From assembly GCA_051942205.1 (NCBI GenBank), contig JAVECO010000051.1, positions 62,001 to 126,000 of the forward strand: 64,000 nucleotides of DNA. Reading direction: 5' to 3'. Of the stretch, positions 11,684 to 24,289 are shown piece after piece. Positions within the stretch are counted from its first letter, which is position 1. Each line of letters begins with the position of its first letter. The notes beneath the pieces were generated by a model, which was given only the letters and a program-made list of their open reading frames with translations, was not told the DNA's origin and searched no databases. The DNA comes from Coniocarpon cinnabarinum. Its lineage: Eukaryota. Made by a program: the position numbers and the translations under genes.

Positions 11684-12499
11684 ACTTCACCTCATATCGT
11701 GGCTTTCAAAAGCTACACTTGCAGTTTCGTCTGTACAAATTCTTTGAGTCCCCTTGACATATATTCCCAGCCTGCATGAGTATTCAAACCTTTCCTTGGA
11801 TGTCTGCGTAGCAAAGGACGCAGGCGCCTCTATCCGCTGTACATTAGCAAGGTCGTCTTGCATGATTTTGATAGCGAGACAAACTGCGGTATTGCGTCAT
11901 TCTACGATATAGCCGTGTAATGCGCTAGGCAAGCATGCAAGGAGGCTCTCTCTGGGGAGTCTTGATTGCTTGTGCAGCACTTCGAATTTTACTTTGCAAC
12001 GTGACCAGCCTGCGGCTCAGAGATTGATTGGCGTGGGGCACTCTTCTACTAACCCATGACATGGCCGCATTGGGTTAGAGGTCGTAGTGGCTCTACTCAC
12101 CTTCATACTGAAAAGCTGTCAACCTGCTGGCAGCTTTACCTTGAACCCATCACCGCTCACTCTGATCTGTCGTATGAGCTAAGAATCACACTCAAAACTT
12201 TTTTTCACACGTCCGTAGGGTTTTCAAGTTCAGCAAACGGCAAGATGCAAAGCCGCACAGCACATGACGTGGTAAGTCGGACCTGCACAATGCTCTTTCA
12301 ATGACACTTGTCAGACTCGTCAAGTCACAAGTAAACAAGGACCGGGCTCATGAGTTGACCCCACTAGAGTCCTCAAGTCGGCTTTGCTGGAGCTCCTGCC
12401 GCAACATTTGGAGCTTCTATTGCAGACACAGCATCAAACAGTTTGTACACAATGACATCTTGGTACTAACCTTGGAGCTAGTTCCAGCGAGACGCTGAT

Positions 12500-14119
12500 A
12501 TGTACGACTACATAATTGTCGGAGGTGGCACAGCCGGCTGCGCACTGGCCTGTCGCTTGAGCCAGAGAAACGCCAAGGTTGTACTCCTTGAAGCTGGACC
12601 GGAGGACACAAGTGAAGACTTCATGAGCGCCAGCAAAGTCGCTGCTGTTTACGCGAATCCACTTATGAAGCGTCAGAACACTGTCGCTCAAGTGCACCTT
12701 AACAACCGGGAGATCCCGCTGTTTTCCGGGTCTCTGCTGTCTGGGTCCTCGACGGTAAATGCAGGTAACTGGACGAGGACACACTCCGTGGACTACGACG
12801 AATGGGCGAAATTAGTGGGCGATGAACGCTGGAGCTACGCTGGGCTCCTTCCGTACTTCAAGCGGGTTGAGAAGCACTACGGTAGCAGCAGTGAGCCACA
12901 TTCTGATGCACATGGCTTCGACGGACCCATTCAAACAAACGCCTGTGATCGGACCTATCCTCTAAGAGAAAATGTCAGACAGGCTTTCCACCAAGCAGGC
13001 TTGAATGAAATCAGGGACATCAACACGGGCAATCCTCTCGGTTTCGGCCCGTTCGTCGAGAACTGGAAAGATGGAAGGCGACAGCCAGCAGCAAAGGCCT
13101 ATGACCTTAGTAGGGTCACGGTATTGACCAACACGCGTGTTTCAAGTATGGAAATTGACACCGCGAACTCGAGGAAGGTTGCAAAAGGGGTCAAGCTGGC
13201 GGACGGCGGCTCTCTGTCGGCCTCCAAGGAAGTCATACTCAGCAGCGGTAGTCTGCAGACGCCCAAGTTACTCATGCACTCCGGCATTGGGCCCGCAGGG
13301 CACTTGGCCTCGTTTGGCTTGCCCAACATCGTCGATTTACCAGTCGGCGAAAACCTCCATGACCACTTAACGGGCATCTTGTTCTGGAAGCTGCGCGAGC
13401 CAGAGAAACCTCTTGCGGCTGGTCATCCGCAATTCAACAAGCCGGAGTACGCGCGTGGCAATCCAATTGAATGGATAGCGACTTCTTCCGTCTCATCTCC
13501 AAGCCAGGTCGCAGAAAAATATGGGGTCTCAGTTCACGATCCGCTGCTCTCGCAGCCCCGCGCCCATGTTGAGGTATTTGCCGCATATGCACCTCTCGGG
13601 GTCACCAGCATATTTGGCAACAGCGCTAAAGACCTAATTGGCTCTCATATTAGTACTCCAATCCTTACACTACTTCCGCGCAGTCGCGGGACTTTGAAGC
13701 TGGCGTCTGGAGACCCGTCGGCCGAAGTTGTCATCGACCCCGCATACCTGTCGGAGCCGCTAGACCTTGAAGCCTTCCGCACAGGCTTCCGGACTATGAT
13801 GCGAGCTATGCTGGATACAGACGCAGGTCGTTCATTCGTGCTTGAAGAAACGCCGCCACCAGGCATGAAGCGACTGACAAGTGCAGCGACCGACGAGCAG
13901 ATTGACGAACGGCTTCGACACATTGGCATGAGCTTCTATCAGGTCGCAGGCACGGCAGCCATGGGAAAGGTTGTGGACACCAACCTGCGTGTCAAAGGTG
14001 TGCATAATCTCAGAGTAGTGGATGCGAGTATCTTTCCGAGCCCGTTGTCAGGCCACTACCAGTATCCAGTGTATGCCTTGGCGGAAGCGGCAGCGGATAT
14101 AATTTCAGCTGAATCTTAG
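12500..14119 (+). CDS. GMC oxidoreductase (AA3; glucose/choline/alcohol dehydrogenase-like), no signal peptide
   Basis: 539-aa intronless ORF; YDYIIVGGGTAG FAD-binding motif, LSGSSTVN, KEVILSSGSLQTPKLLMHSGIGP, VGENLHDH, VVDTNLRVKGVHNLRVVDASIFP. Confidence 0.93.
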   Translation: MYDYIIVGGGTAGCALACRLSQRNAKVVLLEAGPEDTSEDFMSASKVAAVYANPLMKRQNTVAQVHLNNREIPLFSGSLLSGSSTVNAGNWTRTHSVDYDEWAKLVGDERWSYAGLLPYFKRVEKHYGSSSEPHSDAHGFDGPIQTNACDRTYPLRENVRQAFHQAGLNEIRDINTGNPLGFGPFVENWKDGRRQPAAKAYDLSRVTVLTNTRVSSMEIDTANSRKVAKGVKLADGGSLSASKEVILSSGSLQTPKLLMHSGIGPAGHLASFGLPNIVDLPVGENLHDHLTGILFWKLREPEKPLAAGHPQFNKPEYARGNPIEWIATSSVSSPSQVAEKYGVSVHDPLLSQPRAHVEVFAAYAPLGVTSIFGNSAKDLIGSHISTPILTLLPRSRGTLKLASGDPSAEVVIDPAYLSEPLDLEAFRTGFRTMMRAMLDTDAGRSFVLEETPPPGMKRLTSAATDEQIDERLRHIGMSFYQVAGTAAMGKVVDTNLRVKGVHNLRVVDASIFPSPLSGHYQYPVYALAEAAADIISAES

Positions 14120-14355
14120 CTATTCGACTGGTTGATACATCTCGGTATCGCCACGCAGGCTGTTTCTTGGGCCGGCACTTGCCGACCCTCTCAAAGAGAG
14201 TACAACCCTCAGCCGACTTAAATCGGTCAGGAAAGACCCCTTGAATTAGTTGCGTGCTCTCATGACCTCGCTTGAACACGCTCAAGCAGTCAAATACACC
14301 TTCGCAATCGATGAACGAGGTTTAAGAAGCGCCGGCGCCCGATGACATTCGACGT

Positions 14356-14664
14356 TTACCGAGTAACCCCTGTGAGATCTGTATGAAGACCACACGCATT
14401 ATCGTCCCAATTGTGTGGCTTTATCTTTTCTAAGATTGAATCTAGACCATATACTGCATTCGAGAAGCTTTGTAAAGACTTCAATTGATGATGAATCTCA
14501 AATTGGCCCATGAAATGAGTCAGTGCCTGAGATAAGATTGCGATTAGAAGGTCACGTGATATTTCTGGGTCTTCAGCGATCTTTGCTGCGGAGCCGATAT
14601 GATTGCCTTCACAAAGTGCATCCGTGATCTTACAAGCATATGGGGGTTTCCAAGCTGGAGACAT
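14356..14664 (-). CDS. Possible small hypothetical protein (102 aa), divergent from the NLR-like gene
   Basis: ATG at 14664 (MSPAWKPPYAC..) with amphipathic-helix-like composition; no recognisable motif. Confidence 0.25.
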   Translation of the reverse strand: MSPAWKPPYACKITDALCEGNHIGSAAKIAEDPEISRDLLIAILSQALTHFMGQFEIHHQLKSLQSFSNAVYGLDSILEKIKPHNWDDNACGLHTDLTGVTR

Positions 14665-15217
14665 TGACAAAACTAAAATTGCTCTACTTGTCGACTTTGT
14701 CGTAAACTGCTCGTTGACCGATAAATGGCGCAGATGCGAGACCCAATATAATGCAGCAGGCAGAAACACCAAAACGTCCGCAGCAAATCATGATGGTAAG
14801 CCGGGGGGTACGTATCCTTGCAACCGATGTGACTCCGTCGGACTCGGGCTCTGCCAGCCTCGCCTCTCACGCCCGATCTGCATGCAAAGCGGATCCGTTC
14901 CATGTATGGACACTTAAAGCTAGACTACGCTCACGTAGCTGCCTGCGGCTTAAGAGGCCCCAAACCGTCGCCGACTTGTCTTGCTTATCGCTCATTGCGT
15001 CCTGCTTTGCGGCTGAGGGAAATTACTCGCCAGCGCTTGCTCCTTGCTGCCTTACATCACAATCCGCTGTCTGTCAGCCATGATCCACAGCTCGACAGTC
15101 ATCATCTTCATACAGGTTTTGCACCGCTTGGCTGACCACTACTTTGAGCAACGCAAAACTCTGTGGGTGTTCTCTTCTATCAATTAGCTGTGGTCTAAGA
15201 CCAAGTCAAAACCCAAG

Positions 15218-18200
15218 ATGCAGCGCAGTGAAGAGGAATCTCTCGCAACATTATGGGACGAGGCTCGACAGCGGTTTTACAGTAGAGTTGGCAAGAACCT
15301 TCAGAGAGATCCGCGAGTCACTTTCGAAAGCGTTGTTGGCCAGATTGATGAACGGGTACCCCAAGAGGACTCGAAAGACTCTGAACGAAAACGCACCGCT
15401 AAGAAAGCCTGTATAGATGCCCTGAGCTGTATTAAACTCCTCGGAGGTGTTGCAGCTCAGGGTGCTTCGCAGGTGAGGGAATGTTGCTCATAGATAATTG
15501 CATGCGAATAACCATCCGCAGGTCTTCCCTCCAGCGGGCCTCTGTTTCAACGCCGCTTCAATACTTATTGACATCCCTAAAACTATTCATGAATTCCACG
15601 AACTGGTTGACAATATCTTTGAACAAGTTTCGGGTTTCCTCAAGCAATTTCGGATTTACCAACGAATGGACAGGACGGTGGAAGTCGACCCGTTGTTGTT
15701 AAGCACAGTACATGAGACCATGATCTGCTTTGTTGATCTGTGTTCTTTGAGCGTGCAAATCAATAATAGTGGCCATTGGGAGAAGCTGTGACGCTCTGTC
15801 AAAGGGTCCTGGCTAATGACGACCATGGAGTCCAGAGCGCGCTTGACAAATTCAAGTCACTGATTGACAGACAATCAAAGGTCGAGAGCACCTTGACTTT
15901 AGAGACGGCCATGGCGAATGGCTCGCATCTCAAACAGCTACGAGAAGCAGCATCCGAGACAGGAGAGAAGATTGATGGACTTACCCCGAAAATCGAGGAG
16001 ATCGCCTCATCTGAAAAGGTCAGTCGGCAAGTAGTCGTGTACGAACAGCTTGTCACGGCTTTGCCTCAATTGCAACCATGGCGTTCGCCTTGAATCTTTA
16101 CTCGTCATGTACCTTGGCGTTGCTGAGAACCGTAATTCTAGGAGCGCAGATCGGATCGCGCTAAAAACGACCGACTTAAGAATATTGACAAGAAGTTGCA
16201 AATCGATGTGGGCAAGGATGAGTCCGCTAAGAGACTATATCTTGACACCCTTGGACATCGACTGGAAGGCACTGGTCTCTGGCTTTCAGATCAGGTTGAT
16301 TATTCTGCATGGCTTCGCGGGTCGAGGCCCTTGTTGCGCATTACCGGAAAGCCGAACACCGGTAAGTCGCTTCTCGTTGCATCCATTATTCATGAGTTGG
16401 AAGCGCAAGCAGGCAGCTCCTCTAATGGATCGAAACCCTTTATGGTGGTTCACCACTTCTTTGATAAGTCGTTTGGTATTCAGAAGAAAGGAGGAGATGA
16501 TGATCACCTTTTAAAGGCGGCTTTGAAGTGTATGATACGGCAGGTTGCGGATAGCGATGACGCATTCGCCAAAGGATTCGGGAAAGCCATTGAGCTCAGC
16601 AGTTTCAAATGCGATGCATTTCGAAGTCTATTCGCGACTTTCGCTGCAGAAGTACGGAAAAGGGATGTCAGATACTTTATCGTCCTGGATGGCCTAGAGC
16701 AAGTCTCAGCGAGTAGTTTGAAGGAGTTTTTAGAGGCCCTGAACTACGTTCAGACAGACATCGTACCTCACAAGTCCCCAATGAGCGTCTTGTTGTCGGG
16801 CGACCTGAGCTCCTTCAAACCAGAAATCTGTGAGGACATTCCTTCGATCAACATAGAAAAACTGGATAGCACCGACGTCTGCAAGATAGTTCAGAAACAA
16901 CTTCGAGATGAGGAGATACTTCAAGAAGCCGGCGCTGAAATTACAAACTTGAGGGACTCGATCCCAGAACTAATCGCCGACAACGCGGGCGGTGATTTTT
17001 TCAGAGCGAGGGACATTGTAAATCAAATCAAGCCAGCGATTGATCAAGGTGACCCAGAAGAAATCAAGAAGATCATCCGTCGAGCAGGCCAGGAGGAATT
17101 TGACGCCACGAGATTTCGGGAGAAGCTTGCTGAAAACCTTTCTGCTGCCGATATTGAGGAGCTGAACATTCTTCTGGCATGGTGCATATTTGGAGGGCCA
17201 ATCTGGCCTCAAGTGGATGAGCTACAAGCGGCGTTGGTAAGTGGGGTTTTTCTTTACGCATTGCCTTCTAAAAGCTTGTTTACCACTGTCACAACCTTGT
17301 GCGTGGAATAGACAGCGCAAGACCGCCTCGTCACATTGCAGCTTGGCGGCTTCCACCTTCTATCGCACCGCCACTGTCAACATTCGAGTCATGCGGTCAC
17401 AAGGACTTGATCGAATTCCAAATTTCTGGATGTAGCTGACGTCTTCAAAAATTTGAGTACAGTACCTGCATACCAAGAGAATTCCTCTGAAATCTTTACG
17501 AAAGAAACTCAAAGAAAAGTATGGCCAAATATTCCGATTATCGTCGGACTCGAAATTAGCACTCGTATCTGTCGAAGAGGAAATGGGAGAACGTCTCATG
17601 ATTGGAAGAACTAAACAGCGTGTGGAAAATGCCACGAAAGTGGACGTAAGCATCACCATCAAAGATGCGGACGTGCAGACCGTTCAAAGCTTTTTGTGGG
17701 CTTTCACAGAGAAGGCGATGGTTGGAGACTTCAATTTTGACTCAACGTCGCCACATCTCAGCAAACCCAGAGTGGGTGTCAACGGCTTTGATGCACATGT
17801 GGAAATATTGATGCAAGATTTTGAGGTCCTTGAAAACGATGCCGAAGAAAATGTGAAACCCCTCGTGAGCTACATTCTCTGCGCCTTACCAGGTCTTTTG
17901 AACATTTTGTGGCGAGACTTGGAATCTTACACCTTGTCAGAAGAAGTTAAGGCAAAGCTCATAGGCAAGCTGCACGATCTTTTCATCGACGCCTCTGTGT
18001 TCGAGAGGCATCTTGATCATATTGACTTGCTAGCTATCGCGGAGCACTGGATGTCTGGGCCTGAATGTCCTCCTGATATACCCGCATTTTGGACCTGGCT
18101 TGACCATAAAGAAACGAATAAACACCTGAGTAAAAACGATCGAAAATCGCTAAATGAGTTGAGCGCTGCAACAAATCGCAATCAAAGCTTGGTGAAACCG

Positions 18201-20103
18201 ATGGCGGAGTTGATGGCAAGGCACTGGCTACAAGATGACCAACGTTCAGTAGGAGAAGTTTTTGGTTGGTTGGACTTGTATCTCAAGATGGTAAGTTGCC
18301 TATTACTGATATCATCATGCCCTCACTCACACGCTCTAGAGCCCTGAGCACCGCTGCCAATCCGTAGATGAGGAGGATTCAAATGCCCAAGCAAGCCCTT
18401 CGTCGAGCACGGATCGTGCTTCCCACGTGGAAAAAGCCAGTGCCGAGAATCAAGATGACATAACTGTGCCACCAGTAGCGCAGACATTACTACGCGAAGC
18501 TGATCCAAACGGTGCAAGCCAAGCTGATGTCGACGGCGCTATTAATCATCAATCAGAAGATGTGTCTGACTCATCTATGCCCGATCCCGTTGACCTTGCG
18601 CAAAAGCTGGCACAAGAACTCCTTGGCGTCGATGAGGAGCAGAGAGGACATCTGTGGCATCGGCGCCTTGGAGAGACATACTTACAATGTGACGAGCCGC
18701 AGCCACCAAAGGCTGTAGCAGCTTTCAGAACTGCGCAAAGCCTTGACGATCATAGCTGGAAGATTTTTCGCGGTCTTGCTCACGCTTATGCAGCCAGTGA
18801 AGATTACTCGGCTTCCATCGATATCATGCCGAAGGCCATTGCGCTGCTACAAGATGACAATAGCGTTGGCGGTGATACACAATCACAAGAACACGTCGCT
18901 TGCATACTATTTCTCGCGGACAATCATTGTCTATCAGGAAGCGCAGCAGAAGCTGTCAACGTCTTGCAAGACGCTTTGCAACTGAGCACTGGACACACTG
19001 AAATTCAAGCTACGTTGTTGAAGCTCTTAATTCGAGGCGGGAATGAGCAACAAGTTCGAGAACTGTGGCCGAAGATCTCAGACGAGCTTCGAGTCAATCT
19101 CAGTCAAGAGCAGACTGGCGGAATCTTTGAGCATCTCTCGGAAGAATGGGACTTCGATGAGCTCTTCGAACTACTGCTGGCTTTCACATCGGGAACACCG
19201 ATCTTTGACGACGTGATCGATCTCATAAGAGAAGCAGTGAGGATAGCAGAGCAACAGCAATTTGTTCTTTGGCATGCTCCTCTTCTATTCTCTCTTGGTG
19301 TAGCTTACTATCATTACAAAAACGCACAGGAAAGTGATGTGCAGGAAGCATGCGACCTATGGCACAAATGCGCAGGGCTTTCTCTTGGCAACTCAGACAC
19401 AGCCTCATGGCAAGGTCAATTCGCACGCCAGAAAAGCATTAGGAATCTCAGCTCGCATTATTACAATCAGATCCGAGCCTCAAACGAGGTCGAAGAAGCT
19501 GTAGAAAACTTGATTTTTTTGGATAACATGGAGACATCCAGGCGCTCGTCGAGAAAACGTCTTGGAACTTACCTTGCAAGTTACTTTGCACGCGTCGCAG
19601 GGGATCTCACGCAGGCAAGGAAATACTTCACTGAAGACATGAAAACCGCAATGGCGCTGCTCACTGACGATGAAAGCGAGAACGACATGGAAGGATTCTA
19701 TAATCTAGCCACAGTATTTATTCCTTTGGGTGACGATGTCAATGCCTGCACTGCTATGTCTATGATGAGACCAGCTGTGGATCCGTATCCTCTGTATTGC
19801 GATGGGTTTTGCGGAAAGTCGTGGAGAACTGCCGAGGACATGTACTTCTGTAAGATTTGCCCGGACGTGCAGCTATGCCCCGACTGTCATCAAAAGGTGA
19901 AGACAGGCACAATGAAGAGATTGGTGTGTAACTCGAAACACGATTGGCTTTTCTTTCCTCCTCTGGACTACGACGAGGTGATCCATGTGCAGACCAACAT
20001 GATTAAGGCTGGTGGAAAGATGGAGGAGGGAACTCGAGTGGGAGGTCAGTGGGTGCCTTGGGCTGAATGGTTGAATGGTGTTCGAGAAGAGTGGGGTGTT
20101 TAA
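15218..20103 (+). CDS. Fungal NLR-like STAND protein: Goodbye-like N-terminus, NACHT-type NTPase, TPR-like helices, C-terminal ZZ-type zinc finger; apparent frameshift near 15788
   Basis: Exons ~15218-15472, 15522-16018, 16142-17236, 17463-18290, 18340-20103. LATLWDEARQRF..LLGGVAAQGASQVFPPAGLCFNA (Goodbye-like), Walker A ITGKPNTGKS, Walker B YFIVLDGLE, TPR-like segments, CDGFCG..CKICPDVQLCPDC..CNSKHDW. Confidence 0.8.
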
Positions 20104-20533
20104 TCTAGCTCTTTTGGAAGCGTATCCTGTTGTTCATGGTGTGGACATTATGAGTGATATCCAGAATATCCAGAATGCGGAACTGGTTGTCAGTTTGAAG
20201 GTTCGCGCAGTGCAAATAGGTGCCTGTGGTAACATTGGCTCGTCGAAGCATTCGCAAGAGAGTCCAATATACCTACCCTAGATTGAGCATGTACATGGTG
20301 CTGTGATCGTGATGATGTTGAAAAATTTGAGGCCTGGGTCAGGCATCCGCGAGGTTGAGCTCTTATTTACTCTCACCGCCACTTCTGCTCCTAGTCGAAG
20401 TGAATAACCAAGTTTGACTTCCACCTTCACTCTAGCTTCAACTCACTCCTTATTACTCCCCAACTCTCCTCGTCTTCCCTGACAGTCCGTTGGGATACAT
20501 TCTAACAGAATCTGTGCTTACAACGCGTGCAGT

Positions 20534-22642
20534 ATGGCATGGGACGCAACAGCAACTGGAGGCGACGCTTGGGCGGGGAGTTCAACTGGAGTAGGATGGG
20601 ATGATACTGCAGGCAAGTCGCTCTTGCTCTTGATCTACCTCTGCAGTAACTCTTTCACCTACATGGCGCTCTGCGTAACAAGAGCAGCCGCAACCAGCAG
20701 AGCGCTGTTGCTCGAGCTGTAGCTCTCTCATCCATAAAGCACCGGCTCGCTACCACTCTGCAACTTCCTTCCCTTCACACCCTCCGGAAAGAGATAGCTT
20801 TGCCATTGTTGTACTTTTTGAGCGAGACTCAAGCTAACATGGATACTTTGATAGGGTCGGAGTGGCCTTCGTCCAGCGCACAGTCAAATACCTTCACAAA
20901 TGCCAACGACACCAAAGAAATCCCTGTCGACAATGGCGTCGACAATGATCCTGATGACTACATTTCGAAACATGCCAACGGGTAAGTCATCGAACACCAC
21001 TGGGACGACAGTCTCGGAGGATGGTTGTGATTTTGCTTTGTTGGTTTCAAATGAGGAAATTCTAACTCCGCCGTAGTGACTTCCATGCCGGAGGCGATGC
21101 ACGCGAAGACCGCGGTCCGATCGTCTGCCGTAACTGCGATCAACCCGGACACGTCGCTCGCGAGTGTCCCGAGCCCAAGAAGATGACTGGCGAGTGCTAC
21201 AATTGCGGCCAGGTCGGCCACAATAAAGCCAACTGTCCAAACGCCAGAGTGGAGCGTCCTTTCACCGGCACATGCCGCGTATGCAATAAGGAAGGCCACC
21301 GAGCGGCCGACTGTCCAGACAAGCCCGCGGAAAAATGCAGGAACTGTGGTGGCGAAGGCCACAAAGCCGCGGAGTGCGAAAACAGACGTTTGATTGATCG
21401 CTCGGACGTTCCGGACATGACCAAGGAAGAGGCTTGGAAGCTACTTGAACAAGCAGCGGCCGACAAGGAGATGAGCGACTTCCGCAGGGTATGCTCACAA
21501 AAGACACCATTGCCGTGCGTGCTAACCCTGAACTATTAGGGTGTACAAGCTCTTGCAAAAGCTGATCCAGAATTGAGCTACGTCGATCTTGAGAAGATGT
21601 TCCGCGAGAAGAATATGGGTCTCCATCTGATCGCTCGTGTAAGTAATTGTCTGTGATTTGAAACTACTTACGTTGGCTGATAGCTGCAAAAGCCAGGCGA
21701 GTGTCCAATTTGGCAAACGCGTGTCAACCTGCAAGGCAAGCAGAATTGCGAGTACACCCTCACATACTCCTTTGCAGGCAAGCCAAGACGTAAGGCGTTC
21801 GCCGAAGGCTGGCCGAGCTCAACTGAAGAAAATTTGGAGCGCTTGAGTAGCACCGGAGAACCAATGGAGCAGACGGTCCTTGTCTGTCGTCGTTGCGAGC
21901 GTATGTTTTGATGCCTTCAATAGGGCTTACTGTCAGCTAATGAACAGCAGAGCTCGGCCACGTCGCAAAAAACTGCGAACAGGAAGCTTATTCAGCTCCC
22001 CTTCCGTCATGTGACAACTGTGGTGCTAATAATCATCGCCTCCGTGAATGCCCTGAACCCCGCATTGAGAAACCACAAGGCGGTCGACGAGAGATAGACT
22101 GTCGCAAATGCGGGGAAGTCGGCCACATGGCAAAAGATTGCACGAATCCGAGTGCTGGAGGCCCATCTGGCGCTTGCCGTAACTGTGGTGAGGAGGGTCA
22201 TTTTGCCAAGGAATGTGAAAAACCTCGTCAGTCATCGGGAGCTTGCAGAAACTGTGGTGAGGAAGGCCACATGGCCAGAGACTGTGAGAAACCAAGGGTG
22301 ATGAAGTGCCGCAACTGCGATGCTGGTAAGTGCTCAACGATTGACGGAAGGTTTCTCAGCTAATGTAGTACAGAGGGGCATGCGGCAAGAGATTGTCTAG
22401 AACCTAAAGACTGGTCACGTGTCAAGTGCAACAATTGCGGAAAAATGGGGCATACGGTAGTTCGTTGCACACAGCCGCGAGCTGAAGATGACGGAGGAGG
22501 CTTTGGTGGATCCCGAAGCAATGCTGAGGGAGGCTTCACAAACTCGGGTAGTGGCTGGGATAATGCGAATGCAGGCTCGTCCGGAGCCGCTGACGCCGCC
22601 GTTGCTGGGGAGTGGCAGTCTGGAGCGACTGATGGGTGGTAA
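20534..22642 (+). CDS. Multi-CCHC zinc-knuckle nucleic-acid-binding protein (CnjB-like), 11 knuckles
   Basis: Multi-exon gene. Eleven CX2CX4HX4C motifs (4+7) split by a helical linker (EAWKLL..NLQG..GWP...EENLERL); Trp/Gly-rich termini. First intron 20613-20854 is GC-AG. Confidence 0.88.
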
Positions 22643-24289
22643 AGCAACACGCTGAAGCCCAGAGACACAGAAAGGCCTGTGTGGACTGATGTTGCAGACG
22701 CTGAGAGGGGCAGGAGGATTCAAGCTGAAGAGCACGATCGTCACAGCACTCAGAAGAAGCTGGCCATCAAGGTGCTCATGCCATTGTAGCTACCTACCTT
22801 GGATGTCGTTACAACGGCAACCAACATGAAAGCACAAACAAGATGCTGAAGGTCTCGCCAATTCTGAAGCCTAAAATCAAGCACGACAATCTGTTCAATG
22901 CTCGTATTCTTTTGACAGCAGCACGTGAAACATGCTCATCTGATACTTACACTGCGCCGCGATTCCATTGCCAGATACCCCATATGCTCCAGTCGTAGCA
23001 ATGCCTAGAACACGACGCTCGAGATGAACCTCGCTCAGGGAAGATGCATTCCTTCAAAGAGAATGACCCAGTCAACCAAATGAATACGGAAATGGACGGA
23101 GAGAACCTAAGGTTGCAACACAGACTCGGGGTCCGCAAGCCTAGAGCTAGCGACGTCGGTAAGTAACCGACGCAGAGCGATCAAGATCCGGACCACGGTG
23201 GGCATGTCATAGCGATCTTGCGGGTTTGCAGCCGAGGCGTGCATGTCTGCTGTGACCCTCGGGCGCAGTGATTCGCCAAGAGGAAAGATGGAGAAGCCTG
23301 TCGTGTTCCTGCGTCGTGCGCGTGTGGATACTTGCATCTACATCCATGCACCGACCGGTCGAGAAGTCGAGCTGCAGCGGATACGTCTCAGTGCATTCTC
23401 CCTGGCGATTCTGTGCGTCTTCTGAGACATGGAGATGGCGCGACCGTCATATATACAGCAGGCGCCGTTAGACTCGCCCAAAAGTTGCAGTATTGGGCGA
23501 GTCGGTAAGCATTGCGTCATATGGCAGTCCCCATGTCGCAGACGAAGGTCTAGGCAGAGGCGAGGGGCCGTGGCAGGGATGTATTGAAGTAACTGCGTGA
23601 CTGATAGATGAAGATGGCACAGCACGCGGCAGCAAAGTTCAGCTTCTGAACAGACCATGAGGGCCACGCGACACGGTGGGAATATAAGGCAAGAGGTTGA
23701 GAGAAGCTTCTCACGGCAACGGGCTGGCTGATTGGCGCCCTCGGGAACTCGGCAGACTTTACCAGAGCGGAGTCATGACCTCACTCAATGGCTCGGCAGA
23801 CCTGCTGTCTTGGCCTGCGAGATCCTCGGATCGACAGCCCTGAACGCCTCTCGCCGCACAGTCCAGCCACGAACTCAACGCTCGCTCGTCCCTGTGGGAT
23901 GCCAGTGGACGGCTCGCCCGCTTCATCTCGGCAGCTTTCTTCCACATGCGCGCCTCAATTTGAGAGCACTTATCACGCGGGCGCACAGCATGGTGGGTTC
24001 GTGCCGTCTGCATACGCCGACTCCACGTCATTGCGGCTACAGACGTCTGCGCTCGTGGCTGTCTCGGCTGCAAACAATGCGAGCACCAGATGGCAGGAAT
24101 GCAGTGGCGGGGGGGGGAAAGTGACGGCATCGATCGCTGCTCTGGGCGGCGGCACTTGGCGCGAACAATGGATGTTTGGATGCGCACAAACAGCGCCCAA
24201 GCGACGGCCGTGAAAGCCGCAGCGCGCGTGATGCATGGCGCGCAATACATACTGTCGTGGACGGGTGCGGTCCCTCGAGCAGGCGGCGG

